Part shown: positions 36,255 through 49,460 of the stretch, piece after piece
Position numbering within the stretch: the first letter of the stretch is position 1
Layout: the number at the start of each line of letters is the position of its first letter
DNA from: Moniliella sp. 'wahieum'
Lineage: Eukaryota
Reading direction: 5' to 3'
DNA: 64,000 nucleotides
Assembly: GCA_003971905.1 (NCBI GenBank)
Contig: RSEE01000042.1
Location: forward strand, 372,001 to 436,000
Position numbers and translations under genes: made by a program
Notes under the pieces: generated by a model
Told to the model about the DNA's origin: nothing
Databases searched by the model: none
The model's input: only the letters and a program-made list of their open reading frames with translations

Positions 36255-38970
36255 TCAGGGATCCGGCCAGAAGCAAAACAAAAGGTCGGGGAAGCTCCCC
36301 AACCGATGGGTATACGCCCCGTAAGCAGAAGGGCAGACCCAAGTGCCCGAAACTAGCCAGATCGGCAAAGGTAAGAAGGTCTGGAGAGGGGAGAATGGCG
36401 GTGGCTCCTCTTGCTCTTCGGCAAGCGGGAAAAACTTGTCGAGCGGGCTGAACATGACACCGGCAGAGGGAGCAAGGGTCCTTGTTCAGGTTCCACCCCC
36501 GCGCTTCCACCATCGAGCACACCGTCTCGTCCGAGTCAGACGAGGCACTTCGTCAGGTTCAACTCGGTTGCGCGCCGTCTCGGTAACAGGGACCGGCGCA
36601 GGCATCCCTTCGTACGGTTGGCGGAGGAAAGTGAGCGAAGCGTCGAACGACTCGCGACGGAGGACCTTAGGATCCAGCCGAGTAGCAGCAGCATGCACTT
36701 GGCCATCCGGCTGCAGCTGCGCAACGGGCCACTCGAGTGGCGCCGCCCAAGGCGCCGGCGACGGGGACAGAAGCCGCTCCAGCGGACCGAACACGCTCGC
36801 CCGCATGGTCGAGGGCGAACCAGAGACAAGAGTGGGACTGGGGGTAACAGGCTCCCACGCCGAGGGAGACGAGGCAGAAGATGCAGCGGCAACCGAGTCG
36901 GGGGAGGCCGTGAGCGAGTCAACAGTGAGCTCGGGAATAATTTGCTCGGATGAGGCGGTCTGCGGCCGTGCAAGGGCTGTTGGTCAGCGCACGCAGACAG
37001 GTCGAGCGAGGGAGGCGGGGCTGCCTCGGTCAATGCCAACGGCCAAGAGTCGGTTTCGCCCGACACTGAATGAGCCCGCTGGTCCGCCACCTGCTCCGGG
37101 CCAAGCCAACCGATGGGCACAGCTGGTTGGGAGAAAAGATCGGGCATCGTGTTGGAGCGCGGCTTGTCCCCCCCAAAGTTCCCGTCGGGGATGGAGAGAA
37201 GCCCCAGACCCGTACCAGCCGATTGCGGCAACTCTGTGCTCGGAGACGGAGGTAATCCCGCCGTGGGAGATAACAAGGGTGCCGTGACGAACGGCAGCAT
37301 TGGCATCTGCGGTGACGTGGGCGTGGGAAGCAGGCCCATTGGTGCGCCACAAAAAGAGGCGGAGCAAGCGTGCTCAGCGGCTCTGTCGTGGTATGCCGAC
37401 GGCGGGCAAGGGATGAGGGAACGGTCGCCTCCTTGTTTGGTCGCGGCGCCTTAAGGGACTCCATGGCGGAACGCTTGCGGTTCATGTGGACAGCGTCGGC
37501 GTGCGAGGGGCGTTGGGGCTCATGGAGCGGTTCAGGAACAAGGAATCCTGGCCCGCTAGCATCGCCAGTGAGGAAGGGCGAAGGCTGCCTCTTGGGCAAG
37601 ACCGGCTTGGGAAACGAATCCATGGGGACTTCAACCCCCCGGAGCTCCTCAGGAATGCACGAGTTCCACGACTTGATCTTGTTGAATTGCCGGGTCTGGT
37701 CGTTGTATCGGAACTCGGAGACGTACAACTGCTGCGTCTCACGGTCCCACACCTCGGTTGTTGGACGACCACGAATGTAACGGGTGTAGAACATGACGAA
37801 GCAACGTTCGAGAATGTCCTGTACCTTGTGATCCACCATGAGCCCTGTCTTGAAGACCTCATTGGGGATGAACTGCCGCGAGGGGGGTGGACGGTCTCTC
37901 GGGACGGTGGTACCAGCAGACTGAGACGTAGTATTGCCCAGAGCGGGCCAGGGCAGATTTGTTTGGATGAAGACGTCACCTCGTGCCCCGAAGGCGCCTT
38001 TTGAAGTACCTTGAAAATTTGGCCAACAATGGGCTTGCTTGGGTCAGAAGGGTTGAGCAGATGCACCCAATCACCAACCCGGTACGTTTGACCTTTGAAA
38101 TTAACATGGTCAAACACCACCTTTTCGCGATTGTGCAGACGCGCGTGCGAAAGCAAGTCGGCCGTGGACGATGCCAGCAGCTCGGACGAAACGGGCCCGA
38201 GAGGACCATCTGCTACGAACGGGTGGTGTGCTGCCTCACCCGGCCCAACAGGCACCGAGGTAAAGGGTGTCGGCTGCACTGAAGCGAGATGGGCAACGGA
38301 ATCCATGTGTGCTTCAATTGCCTCCACCGAACTTTGGGCAGGCCAAGCAACGAGCTCAAAGTAGATGTGCTGCAGACGAGCCACTTGACCGTAGGTAGAG
38401 GTGCCAATCGGATTGGTGAGGCGGGCGTTGGCGAAGAGGTGCATCATGTCCTGTTCAAACTCAACAGGCGAGCTATACGCCTGCCGGTCGATCTTTGCTT
38501 CAATGGCATGAAGAGAGATGGGATGGGACACCTACTCGAATCACAAAAAAGGAGAAAGTGTCAGAGATCCTGGTTAGCCGTCATAAAATACGCTGTAACG
38601 TACCTTGCTGTAGTACTCCGCGTCCGTGGTCGGGTCTGGCACAAGGCCAGATCATGGAGAGCCATGAAAGGCGCCGGGTCCCGCGGGTGGGGAGCGGGGG
38701 ATAGGTCGACGAGGTGCTGGAAGACGGAGGCGTAGATGGCATGGGCCTGAGCCCGGGCCACATCGGGCACGTCCGAGAGCGGCGGGAGATGGAGCCAGCC
38801 GAGGTCGGTGGGGCTGGGGGTGCGCACAGCGGCAACAGGCTGGTGCGAAGGAGGCAGGGTCTGATGCGCGAGCTGCTGCGGCATGGGGGTGGGGGTGGGG
38901 GCGGGGCCGGGGGCAGGGGGGAAGCAGGGGCGGAAGCAAGAACACTGGGGACAGCAGAAGCGGCGGCCAT
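36255..38970 (-). CDS. RSC1/RSC2/polybromo-like chromatin-remodelling subunit (bromodomain plus BAH)
   Basis: Bromodomain PDPTTDAEYYSK|VSHPISLHAIEAKIDRQAYSSPVEFEQDMMHLFANAR, with intron at about 38532-38603. BAH KGQTYRVGDWVHLLNPSDPSKPIVGQIFK...DILERCFVMFYTRYIRGRP...YVSEFRYNDQTRQFNKIKSWNSCIPEELR. Both ends approximate. Confidence 0.88.
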
Positions 38971-41900
38971 GGTGTTCAGCGGGGGGGCGTGAGCGTGAGC
39001 GTGATCAAACGAATGTGGTGTATGGTCGAGGACCACGGCGGGGGACGCCTGCCGGCAGGCGAGGGGAGGAGAGGGCCAAAAGAATGTGGGTGGGGCGCAG
39101 AGGCCAGCGAGTTGGGGGAGGTGAAGGCAGGGATTGCCGTCGTCGGGGGTGTCGAGGACAGCGGGACGGATAGCAGAGGGGGCGGTGGTGGTGGTGGTGG
39201 AAAGCAAGGATGGGCCGATGGGGCGGGAGAGGAGGAGCAGGTGACTCGGGGCACTGGAGCAGCTGAGAGCGGTGGGCTGGCTGGCCTGGGTGCATGCCAG
39301 CACCAGGCGCCAGGGCGCTGTGGGGCGGGGCCAGGCGGGGCGGGGCGCAGGGGCAGTGTGAGGCAGACGGGGAGGGTAGGACACTGTGCGGGTGCGTGCC
39401 TGGGGCTGCCGTTTGCTGCCTGGGGCGTCCTGGGGCTGCCTAGTGCTGTCTAGTGCTGCCTAGTCCTGCTGAGCGGTGAACGCCCCCCCGCCCCTTGCGT
39501 GGCGCAAGCAGGGTATGTGCGGCGGCCAGAGCAGCAGCACGCCAGTGTGGGCGGTGGTCAGCGGTGGGCCACTGATGCACTGCGGCGCGTTCATGCGCTA
39601 GTGGATGATGGCGGATGGCTGATCGATGATGCCTGGATGCGCTGACGCAGGCGCAAAGCACACGAGACACCCACCGCGGGTTGGGCGAGTTTTCGCTGCC
39701 CTTTGGTGCCCCTGGGCGTTGTTGGCCAACCCCCCACACCCCCAACCGCCGCCAGCGTAGGCCACCGTCCAGCGGCAGTGGCCTGGTGGGGGCGTTGGTC
39801 GTTGTATTGCCTGAGGCCCTGAGGCCCTGGGCGCTGAGGCGTGGCTATTGAATCGGAACGCACGGGAAAGCACGGCGCCCTTTCCGGCCGTGGGCGTTGC
39901 AGGACCAGGGAACAGCTGATCCTGATCGACTGACCTGCGCCTGGGGCCTGCCCATGCTCAGGCGTTTAGGCACTCAGCCGACTCAGGGCCTCAGTCTTGC
40001 GTGTTCCCCACCAGGCGACTGGGCTTGGAAGAACAGTGGGCGTGGTATTAGGCTCTCATTTGTTGTTCTCCCAGTGCCAGAACAAATGACTGGCATTGAG
40101 ATATTGAGGTGCTGCGTGAGGCCTGAGGGCGGCATGAGGCGTTGGTAGGACCAGGGCAGGCAGCTCATGCATCATGCATCATCTACCACTGATCGATCAG
40201 TGCAGATCCCCTCTGGCATCGTGCATTGTGGGCTATGGCGCCGCTGTGGCTGGACAGGGCGACGCCGCACCGTTTGGGATGTGTGGCCGACTCAGGAAAC
40301 GGCAGGTCTCGATATCATGGCACAGGCGCCATGCCTACGGTGGGCAGGGTGCCGACCCCCGAGTCCTCGGATGTCGGACAATCGATCATCGATAATCGAT
40401 AAGAGCTCACATGTCGCATGCCACAGCGGCGTGGTGCCCCTTTTGCCCGTCTTTGCCTGTTTTGCCTGTTTTTGCCCGGCGTGCTCCACACAGAATTCAG
40501 CTGGGTGGGTAACCGTCACATGTCACACCCAGTCACATGGCACACAGCCCCTGTCCCATGCCACGCCATCACATGTCAATGGATGTCACATGTCACACCC
40601 ACAGGTCACATGGTCACAGCCGTCACACGTCAACTTCTGCGAGCCCAACATGATATGTGATCGACACGTGATCGATGATCGATCTGATTAATGATTCGCC
40701 TCTTTCTTTTTCACGTACACGGCAGGTATAGCGAAACAACAGGCACATTTCGTTCCCTAGGCTTTATTGCTTCTTGTGTAGGTCAAGTGCGGCATAGCAA
40801 CACTGCGACGCCAGCCATGCTGCTCACGCTCACAGTGCCCCTTCGTCGAGTGCAGAGAGAGTGGCGTCGCCAGAGCGAATAGCAGATGGCAATACAACAC
40901 AGGAGCACATTTTGTACTTCCACAGACACATCGCCCACACCTTCACACACCTCTCCCGGGATCCTTTTGATTAGCCTTTGATTGTTCCCATTCAATTCAC
41001 TCCTATGCCAGGCATAGTTGGACAGAGCATTTTATGCTTTCGCACCACCACCACAGCTCGCCCGCTCCGGCCTGAGTGGTGGCGACTGGCTACCTACATA
41101 GTGTCCCTGTGTAGGTGTTGTTGCCAGATTGAGTTAGGCTATACAGCCACAACTATTAATGCAACGCTTTTGCACCATAATCACGTTTGGATGACGCTTG
41201 AGGTCAAGCTTAATCCTGAAGGCCACACATCAGCACTGCTGAGTGTGGACCCCAGGACTCCAGAGCTCATCAACAGAAGAGTAACACTTCTTTGCTCATC
41301 TCCAAAACAGTAAGCAAAAGGAGGATGTAAGACCGGAGGAACCCAAGGGATTGGGTGAAGAACCTCTGGACGCAACGGTGGATGCGACAGTAAAAGGATG
41401 TGGCTGTTGGCGCTGTGAACGGCGATCCTGTATGATCTGGTATAACCTCTATCAACGGAAGAAACGGTTCAAGAGAGCCAAAACCTGTCTATTGCCCTGG
41501 TGAAGACTCGGTCCACTTCAATCTTTTGTTCTCTCTCCAACCCCATATTTCCTCGATCCGACGTGCCCAGGAGGGTTGTGGAATCCCCGGACGCAAGTGC
41601 CCATCTCACCTGTGCTTTTTCGATGTACCCAAACCCCTACCTACCCACTTGTCTAACCCTTCCAATGGAATCTCCCTCTTGCTTCTGATGCCCAATCAGA
41701 TCCGAACGGGTCCGTGGTGAGTCGTAACCCCCGCCGCAGGGGCATTCATTACGTATAGCCCATGAAGATATATGCTACAAACATCACTCTTGCCGGTGTA
41801 CAGCGAGCCGGATGGTTCTTCTGACGATTGAGATGGCGATGAAGCTGGAATGTTCTTCTGAAAAACTCTTCCCGCATTCATGTTCGTCACTATAGTGGGT

Positions 41901-42169
41901 TTGTCATCTATACAATCGTCCTCATCACCCTCTCTGCGATTATCGCAGTATACTGTGCTCAGTAATAGTGTGCATTTCTGACCCGGTTCGTGCTTCGCCC
42001 TACATCCCATTCGTCTGGATAGAGATGTGAGAGACCTGATAGGTGTGTTTGGTGCATACCACGTGCGGGAGAACCTTCCCATTGTGCCTCCCTCACCAAC
42101 TTCGGTTTGCTCCCTGCTATTAGTTAGTCTTCCATCATGACCACGTTCTAGGGCTGCAAATTAGCCAAC

Positions 42170-42241
42170 GCTCGGCTGGCGCAAAGGTAGCGCATCTCTC
42201 TCCTAAAGAGAAGGTTGTGGGTTCGAGTCCCACGTCGAGCT
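42170..42241 (+). tRNA. tRNA-Arg(CCT)
   Basis: GCTCGGC-TG-GCGC-AAAGGTA-GCGC-A-TCTCT-CTCCTAA-AGAGA-AGGTT-GTGGG-TTCGAGT-CCCAC-GTCGAGC-T, followed by T-runs (Pol III terminator). Confidence 0.96.
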
Positions 42242-42552
42242 ATTTTTTGTTTTTGAAGCTTCACATGTAAACAACGCATAGTCAGACATTGGGTCGTCGT
42301 CCCGGTGACTCTGTTGCCACCGATTTGCAAGCTTCATCACTACGAGGAGTAACTAGTAACCTCCTGTTCGTAGCACCTGCCGCGAGCTTCACCAGCAAGC
42401 ATCAAGGTCGACCGACGACTATCTGCAGACGTCTAGTACAGTCCCGGACACCAGCCCAAACCCAACCTTTCGTGGCTACCGACCAAGAGCTATGGCGACC
42501 CTATCCGTCAAAGGGGGAGATATACCAGAATCGATCGAAATACGTAACGCCA

Positions 42553-43806
42553 TCAAGTGAAGAGCTTGTTGACACTCATGCTGCCTTCTTGCTGGCGTTT
42601 GAGGACCTTGGATACCGCCAGCTCAAAGTCCTCGTGAGAAACATGTTGGCGGCGTTCACGAAGAGCATACATGCCCGCCTCGGTGCAGATCCCACGCACC
42701 TCGGCCCCCGACGCTTGGCCCATCTTTTCTGCCAACGCACGAAGGTTGACCCCGCGCTGCAAGCTCATCCGGCGCGAGTGGATGCGCAGAATGGCCACAC
42801 GGGCCTCCGGCCCAGGAGGGGGGAATTCAATCTTGCGGTCAATGCGGCCTGGACGGAGCAGGGCAGGGTCCAAGATATCAATTCGGTTGGTGGCCATAAT
42901 GACCTTGATGTTCTTCGTCCCTTCAAACCCGTCCAATTGATTCAGAAGCTCGAGCATCGTTCGTTGCACCTCCGAGTCCCCGTTGCTCCCACTGTCGCCG
43001 CGCGAAGAGCCGATGGAATCAATTTCATCCATAAAGATGATCGAAGGAGCATGTTCGCGAGCCATGACAAAAAGTTCACGCACCATACGCGAACCCTCAC
43101 CAATGTACTTTTGTACCAGCTCCGACCCACTCACACGAATGAAGCGCGTGTCGGTATGGTGCGCGACGGCCCGAGCGAGCAGGGTCTTACCTGTACCGGG
43201 AGGGCCGTCGTAGAGAAGCACACCTTTGGGCTGGGCAATCCCCAAGCTTTCGAACAGTTCCGGGTGCTTGACAGGCAACTCGATCACCTCTTTGATCTCC
43301 TTGATCTGCCGGTCCAGGCCACCCACTTGCTCGTACGTCGAATCCGGCACTTTTTCCACCATCATGAGCGAAACGAGGGGGTCGACCTTGTTGGGAAGAA
43401 TCTTGTGCAGTTGGTAGTTGTCCGGACGCAGCGCCACACGCAGCGCAGGCTTCAGCGACGCAGGATCAATGTCATCGGCAAAGTCCACGACAAACTTGCC
43501 CTCTGGCTGGATCTTGACCAACACCTTCTTCTTGCCCATCACTTTGACCACCTCACCGACGCTGCTCCCGGGCTCGTGAAGCAGCTGCAGCTCTTCACGC
43601 AGAAGACGCACGCGTGCGTTGAGCGCATTGCGTTGCGCTTCGAGCCGACGCAGGTTCTGCGTCTTATCGTTGATCTCCAGCTCGTATGCTTGCATCTTGG
43701 CGGCGTAGAACGAGCCGATTCCCGAGGCACGCACGCCACCGACATTGGATGGAGTGGGGGTGCTGGGACCAGCGGCGTGAGCCTTGGATACGGTCGCTGT
43801 GGCCAT
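42553..43806 (-). CDS. RPT6: 26S proteasome AAA-ATPase subunit Rpt6
   Basis: Intact [74 protein letters not shown]. Confidence 0.98.
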   Translation of the reverse strand: MATATVSKAHAAGPSTPTPSNVGGVRASGIGSFYAAKMQAYELEINDKTQNLRRLEAQRNALNARVRLLREELQLLHEPGSSVGEVVKVMGKKKVLVKIQPEGKFVVDFADDIDPASLKPALRVALRPDNYQLHKILPNKVDPLVSLMMVEKVPDSTYEQVGGLDRQIKEIKEVIELPVKHPELFESLGIAQPKGVLLYDGPPGTGKTLLARAVAHHTDTRFIRVSGSELVQKYIGEGSRMVRELFVMAREHAPSIIFMDEIDSIGSSRGDSGSNGDSEVQRTMLELLNQLDGFEGTKNIKVIMATNRIDILDPALLRPGRIDRKIEFPPPGPEARVAILRIHSRRMSLQRGVNLRALAEKMGQASGAEVRGICTEAGMYALRERRQHVSHEDFELAVSKVLKRQQEGSMSVNKLFT

Positions 43807-44169
43807 GGTGTGTGGGTCGTGGTAGACAGGCGGATGGACGCAGGCCGAAAGCCACCGCTGTCCTGCTTGCCTCGCCACGGGACTCGCCTCAACGTACGTT
43901 CAACAGAGTGACGCGTTCGGCTTTGGGCGGAATGTGATGTCCGACCATTCCGCCCTCGCCACCTCGGATGCACCGCCGCTCTCCCCTTCTTTCGCCATCC
44001 CGTGCGATTTATATCAGCCGGTTCAGCCGGGTTCCATTCTATTCCATTCCACTGCTGCCTGTCGCCGTACGAAAGAAAGAGACCATTCAATGCCACGTCT
44101 AGACGAAAAGCCCAATAAGGATGCATGTGCAGACTGTCAGGAGGCGAGCAACAACGAACAGGAAATGCG

Positions 44170-45428
44170 CTACTGCTGGCGGCACTCTTGCGGGTCAGCG
44201 ACTGGGCCGTTGCGCCGCCAGGCGCCGGGCCATCCTCATCATCGTCGTCATCGTCCTCGTCATCGTCATCATCCTCAAACCCTTCGAGCTCGTCAAACTC
44301 CTCGTATTGCAGCGCCTCACCGGTAAAGTAGGTGATCGCGTGCGGCACGATCCGGTCCTTGAGATCTTCACCCAGCTGGTAGTCTAGCTCCAGACGCTCC
44401 TCCAGCTCCTCCAGGCCTTCATCCTCCGACTCGTCGTCGGCGCCCGAAGGCGGCTGCGGAGGCTGGAAAAAGTTGAAGAAGGAATCGGCCGGGACCGAGC
44501 GCTTGACCACACGGGTCTCGTTGGTGTGCTTGTTGCGCTGCTTCTTGGTCTCCACCCGCTTGGTCAAGTCCTTGTCGGCGCTTACCCAGTCGATCGTCGT
44601 ACCCTCCGCATGGTCATAGATCAGGTCTCCGTTGGGACCAACATCATCACGGTAGTAGTAGGTCTTGGTCAGAGTAGTGTTGGTGAAGAAGCCATTGTTC
44701 GGCGCAAAGTCAAAGAAGAGCTGGAAGCCCGGCTTGCCCTCCGATGGCAAGTGCTCGCTCCGAATGTCCTGCAGGAAGTTGAGCGCCTCCTCGTCCCGCT
44801 CCGAGATGAGCTCGGCCAAGGCCGTGTGGGTGTGAAGCGCAGTGAGCCAGAAATGGGGGATGCCAGTCTCGCCATCGGAAGGTGCCTTGACTTCGGAAAG
44901 CGATTCCTTTGCCTCCTCCTCGTCATTGTCATTGCCCAACTTGGCCTCAGTGGCCTTCTCACCCTCGAGCACAAGCGCCGCCGACGGCTCCTGAGTACCG
45001 AGAATAATGTCCTTGCGTTGCTGGTACAAAGGAGCGTACTTGGTCTGGAACTTGCGCTCCAGCTCCATAATCTCCTTTTGGAACTCGGCCTCGATCTTGA
45101 GGTGCTGCGCCTGGAGCCCCTCTAGTGCTGCGACGCGGCGGCGGAGGTAAGGCAGGCCCTCGACGTACCCGCTGCTTGCGCCATTGAGGCGGCCGAGACG
45201 CTCGGCAATGATCGCAGCCAGGGCGGGGTTGGAAGCAAGCGCAGCAGCAGCAGCCTCGTCGGTAGCGTTGGCAGCCGCCGCCTCCTCGTCCTCCTCTTGG
45301 ACAGTGCCGACGGTAGGGCGGCTAAGGGCTTCGCGAGTCAGGGGCTGGTTCTGCAGCGGGGTGTTCTGCGGGGTGGGGGCCACGAGCTCATCCTCGGGCC
45401 GAGAGTTGATGTTGAGGTTGTTGGACAT
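44170..45428 (-). CDS. NAP1: Nucleosome assembly protein 1
   Basis: SSGYVEGLP, LERKFQTKYAPLYQQR, GIPHFWLTAL, FFTNTTLTKTYYY, KKQRNKHTNETRVV, DSFFNFF, acidic tail. True end DPQECRQQ* lies in a shifted frame (stop 44170-44172). Confidence 0.96.
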
Positions 45429-46649
45429 GGTGGCGCACACGGACGCAGACACGACGGGGGCGGGGAGGGAGATGGGGAGAGAGAGCAACGGGGCTGGGTG
45501 CGGTGCGGCGGCTCTTTGAGCTTTGGGTCTGGTCGGGCCAGCGGGCCTGGGGCGTGCGCGCTGCGGCCTGCGCCAGCCGCTGGCTGCCGCCCACTGCTCC
45601 CTCCCGAGGCCAGGCCTGTGCTGGCCTGCCGCGCAGAGAAAAACCAGACGCGCCGCGGGAGCACACTGGCGCCGTGCCGTCTAAAGCTGACGTAACCACC
45701 GGACACTGGCGCCCTGCGGGCCGGCCGGGCAAGCCGTTTTCCCAACACGCTTGCGGTGTGCTCTGCTCTGGTCCCTCCGGCGGCAGGTGGGTTAGTTACC
45801 AGTGTTGTTCTTGCACATCCCCATCCCCAGGCGCTTTGGGCTGGGGGGGTGGCGGGCAGCCCGACCCACCACAGCCTCCCGACGGCGATCTCCCCAGCGC
45901 CCTGGGATGCCTCCTGCCGCGCTGTCCTGTGAGGTCGGCTGCAAGCGACCCCTCTGGGTCCAACATTTCTCAGAGCTCCATCTAACCTCTCATCGATCGC
46001 GTCGCCCATCGACCATCGATCATCGGTCATCGACATCCTGCATCCCTGTCGTGCAACCCTACCGTGCCCCCAAGGTCCAATCGGCAGGCAGAAAGCAGGT
46101 GCGCAGCCAGAAATGTTCAAATCCCCTGTCACGGCGGAGACATGCCACATGGCAGGAGGGCGTCTGATTTCCGTGTCGGAGATGGCGTGGCACCCATACG
46201 AGCGTTCGGCCCTAAGGCTTAGGCCTAACTCCTAACGCCAGCAACCGGCAACCAGCGCTCGTCCAGCGCCCAAGCAGCCCCGCCCCGCACAGACCGCAAA
46301 AGCAGCAAAGCCGGGGCAAAAGCAGCAAGAGGCACAGGCCCAGTGCTGCTCCCACCACGCCGGCGCTTGCCGCGGGCATAACGACCTCCCCCATCTACCT
46401 CTCCGCCATCAGACTCAGCCGGCTCAGTCCGAGTGCCCACTACACTCGCTCACGACTCACTGGTCCCTCTTCGCCCCACGCCTCGCTGCCCGCCCCCCAG
46501 TGCCCCCGTGCCACATCACCGATCATCGCACCCGTAACATACCTGGCCATCCCGCTGCTCTTCTCGGTATAGCCCCGGCTTTCCCACAGCACCCACGGTC
46601 CCCCCCAACGGCAGGCATACATCCCACCACCACCGCCTCCTCTGCGTCC

Positions 46650-48056
46650 ATGGCCCCTACGCTGCGTACATTCGACGAGTACACTCCCTGGACCAAGGAC
46701 GAGGACAACAAACTCCGCTCCCTCGTTGCCCAGTATGGCACCGCCCGCGGCAAGAGCAGCCGCTGGCAAGAACTTGCCGAGCAGCTGCCAGGTCGCAGTG
46801 CCAAAAACTGCCGCAAACGCTGGTTCTACAGCCTGGATCCTCTGTCAAGCGCAGTACCCCGTGGAGCCCCGACGAAGACGCACGCCTGCAGGCCCTGATG
46901 GCCGTGCATGGCAAGCTCTGGTGGCGCATTGCCCAGGACATGGACGGACGCACCGACGACCAGTGCGCCGCCCGCTTCCTCAACGTTCTGAGCGTCACCG
47001 ACCGCCCCTGGAGTGCTGAAGAGGACAGGGAACTGCTTTCGCTTCATGCCGAGGTGGGCAACAAGTGGAAGCAGATTGCAACTCACTTTGAAGGCCGCTC
47101 TGCCCTGTCGTGCCGCAATCGGTGTCTCAAGTTCCTCAAACGAGCGCGTGCTGCCAAGGCCTCTGCTGCCTCTGTAGCGTCACGCCCTTCTTGCGAAGGC
47201 AGGCAGCGATCCCACTCCCTCCGCAACGAGGCCACCGGACGATCCAACAGTACTTCATCTGCGGCTTCCTCTACCTCTTCTTCTTCTTCAACCAGTAAAC
47301 CGGCCCTCCTACCCCGGCGAAGCTGGGCCACATCAGCGTGGCCGGTCCCGCTCCCCACTTGTGCTCGGTCCTGTGAACAGTGCATCTTCCCCCACTGCAG
47401 GAAACGTATGTGAGGCAGCACCCCCATTGGAAACAGATGTATTGCCACAGAGGCTGCAGGATCTGTGGTCGTCCCGACCACTCCAGGACGTACCCGCCGA
47501 ATTCCCCGCCAATCCTGCCCAGGAAGGGGATAGCATGTTTGGCGCATTGGCCAGCGCTGCGTTGGTTGGGCTTTTGGGGACGCCTTCCTCCGCGTCCGAC
47601 CCTGTACCCACCCTGCCTACTATCTTGCCGCCTTCCACCGACCCGGGCCCTTTGGCTGCCCTAATGCAGTTGCTTGCTTCCCCCCAGGGCATGTCCGTGG
47701 GCGGGGTAACTGCGCTTGGCGCTCTCGGCATTGGACTGCCTGTTGCTCCTCCCACCAATCTTCCCTTGGGTCTCGCTGGCCTTGGGATGGGATCTGTTCT
47801 GCCTTCTTTACCCCAAGGTATGCCTTCCGTACCACCGGTACCAGAGCCAATGCCTGGCATAGGTGGGCTGGGAGCGGCGGCAGGTCTTGCCGCCTTGTTA
47901 GCCGCCACCCAAGTGGCCCCTGTATCGCTCCCGGCCGCCACCCCCGATGCTGGAGCATGGTCGGCGTTGCACGAGCTGGTACGGCAGATCATACCTGATG
48001 CCGGACGCGCACAAATTGCCCTGGATCTGCTCCGATACTTGGCCACTGTACCCTAA
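46650..48056 (+). CDS. Three-repeat Myb/SANT transcription factor
   Basis: PWTKDEDNKL...RWQELAEQLPGRSAKNCRKRW, PWSPDEDARL...WWRIAQDMDGRTDDQCAARF, PWSAEEDREL...KWKQIATHFEGRSALSCRNR; low-complexity C-terminus. Confidence 0.9.
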
Positions 48057-48699
48057 ATAATCCCAGTATGTACCTTCGGTCTTGGCACGAGCGCCTGCTC
48101 TTGTTCCCCCTCATCCGGTCAGCCCATTGTTCCCGAACGACTTGCGCCTCTTTTGTTTTGGCATGTTGCCTTGTTGATCCTGCTATGCTTTTTTGTATCC
48201 CCTCAAAACGTCATTTTGGCCTCCCTGTAAATGGCACGCTCCCCTACCGTGGTCGGTTAGGGGGGATGCTTGGGAACTCAGTTGTATGATATACTTTTTC
48301 AATCGGATATGGAAAACAGATACCAAAAGAGTGTGTTTTGAAGCCAAAAAAGTCACCCCTCCCCCCTTCTTTGCCCTGACTTTATTGACAAGTGTGAAGG
48401 TGGTGGTGCAATTGTAACATTCTTCAGAGACTCATCTCTTGGAGAGTGTGGGCATAATAATCCGTGCCGCAAGAACAAAACAGTGGTATGACGCTTTCCT
48501 CTCGTGGGGGTTGTCTCGACGGATCCGGGGGGAAGATTACACGCTCGGGGCAGAAAGGAGGATGGGGGAACTCATTAACCTATCCTTGTACTGGGAGGAT
48601 GCGGCTGCCCCATCTACGCCAGTCTTAGGTTGCGCCCCACGTGCGTTTTGCGGCCAACGACGTCAACGTCGATCGTATATAAATCTCCATGGGCTGCGC

Positions 48700-49460
48700 A
48701 GCTTCGATTCGTAAGTGCTGTTCTTGCTCGTGTCAACCCAACCATGCAGGACGTCGCGGATGTAACCAGCACGCCAGGACCATCTTTCTCCCACCATTCG
48801 CATTCAAACCGGATGTAGCGAGAAGAGTAGTTTTGAATAAGTGTGGCAGACTTGTGAGCGATGAGGCAGCTCCAGGGAGACTCCTTAATAAGGGTTCTCC
48901 AGTGCTTAAACAACTTGTCGGTTGTCTTGGTAGCATTGTGTCCGTGTTCGTCATGAACTAGCAGTGGGACAAGAACGGCTGTTGAGTGCGTCCTCGGTAC
49001 TTTCAACGGCGTTCCTGCCGCATTCGGCTTGCTCCAACTTTGTTGAAGCAGACCCCCTTCTCCGGCGTTTCATAGACGGCGCGGGTGCTTAGCGTCCTCC
49101 CTTCCGATAATACCCAAACTTGGCCTCTAGTGTGTCTGAATTCCTCAAGAGGTGTGGTCCACCTCCATTCCCGATCCTCTGACGAAAGCGCCTGGCCCAT
49201 CGCCCAACAGTCCACCATTATAGTGCCCCTGGCCTTCCTCACTCGCCGCCTCTCGTCCTCTTCCTATACAGTGAGTATCCCTTCTGGAGCGCACACGCTT
49301 GAGCATTGGCTCCCATATAGCCTCGTGCAACACACGGCTAAACTTGGATCCTTTAAGATGTGCGGTTCAAGCGAGAAGAGAGAATAAGACACACAGTTGA
49401 TTGAATTCCCATAGACTGACGAAGAGACCCCATGGCAGAAGCGACAGAGACGCGAAGTCC
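48700..49460 (-). mobile_element. Decayed CRE/R2-like zinc-knuckle plus REL endonuclease region, copy B
   Basis: LCRFCHGVSSSVYGNSINC (degenerate CCHC), LHEAIWEPMLKRVRSRRDTH, GPGAFVRGSGMEVDHT, LEQAECGR..KYRGRTQQPF, ATKTTDKLFKHWR. Homologous to 13440-14060. Confidence 0.55.

Noticed and set aside
40700..42150. Possible transposon relic upstream of tRNA-Arg, parallel to the one near tRNA-Asp
   Set aside because: No similarity to the REL-like copies and no terminal repeats or recognisable motifs found by eye.
42289..43911. 540-aa plus-strand ORF
   Set aside because: Antisense shadow of RPT6, expected with GC-rich codon usage; no recognisable domain.
43539..45488. 649-aa NAP1 ORF extending into RPT6, suggesting a fusion
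   Set aside because: A single indel bypasses the real ECRQQ* end at 44170; the extension is out of frame with RPT6.
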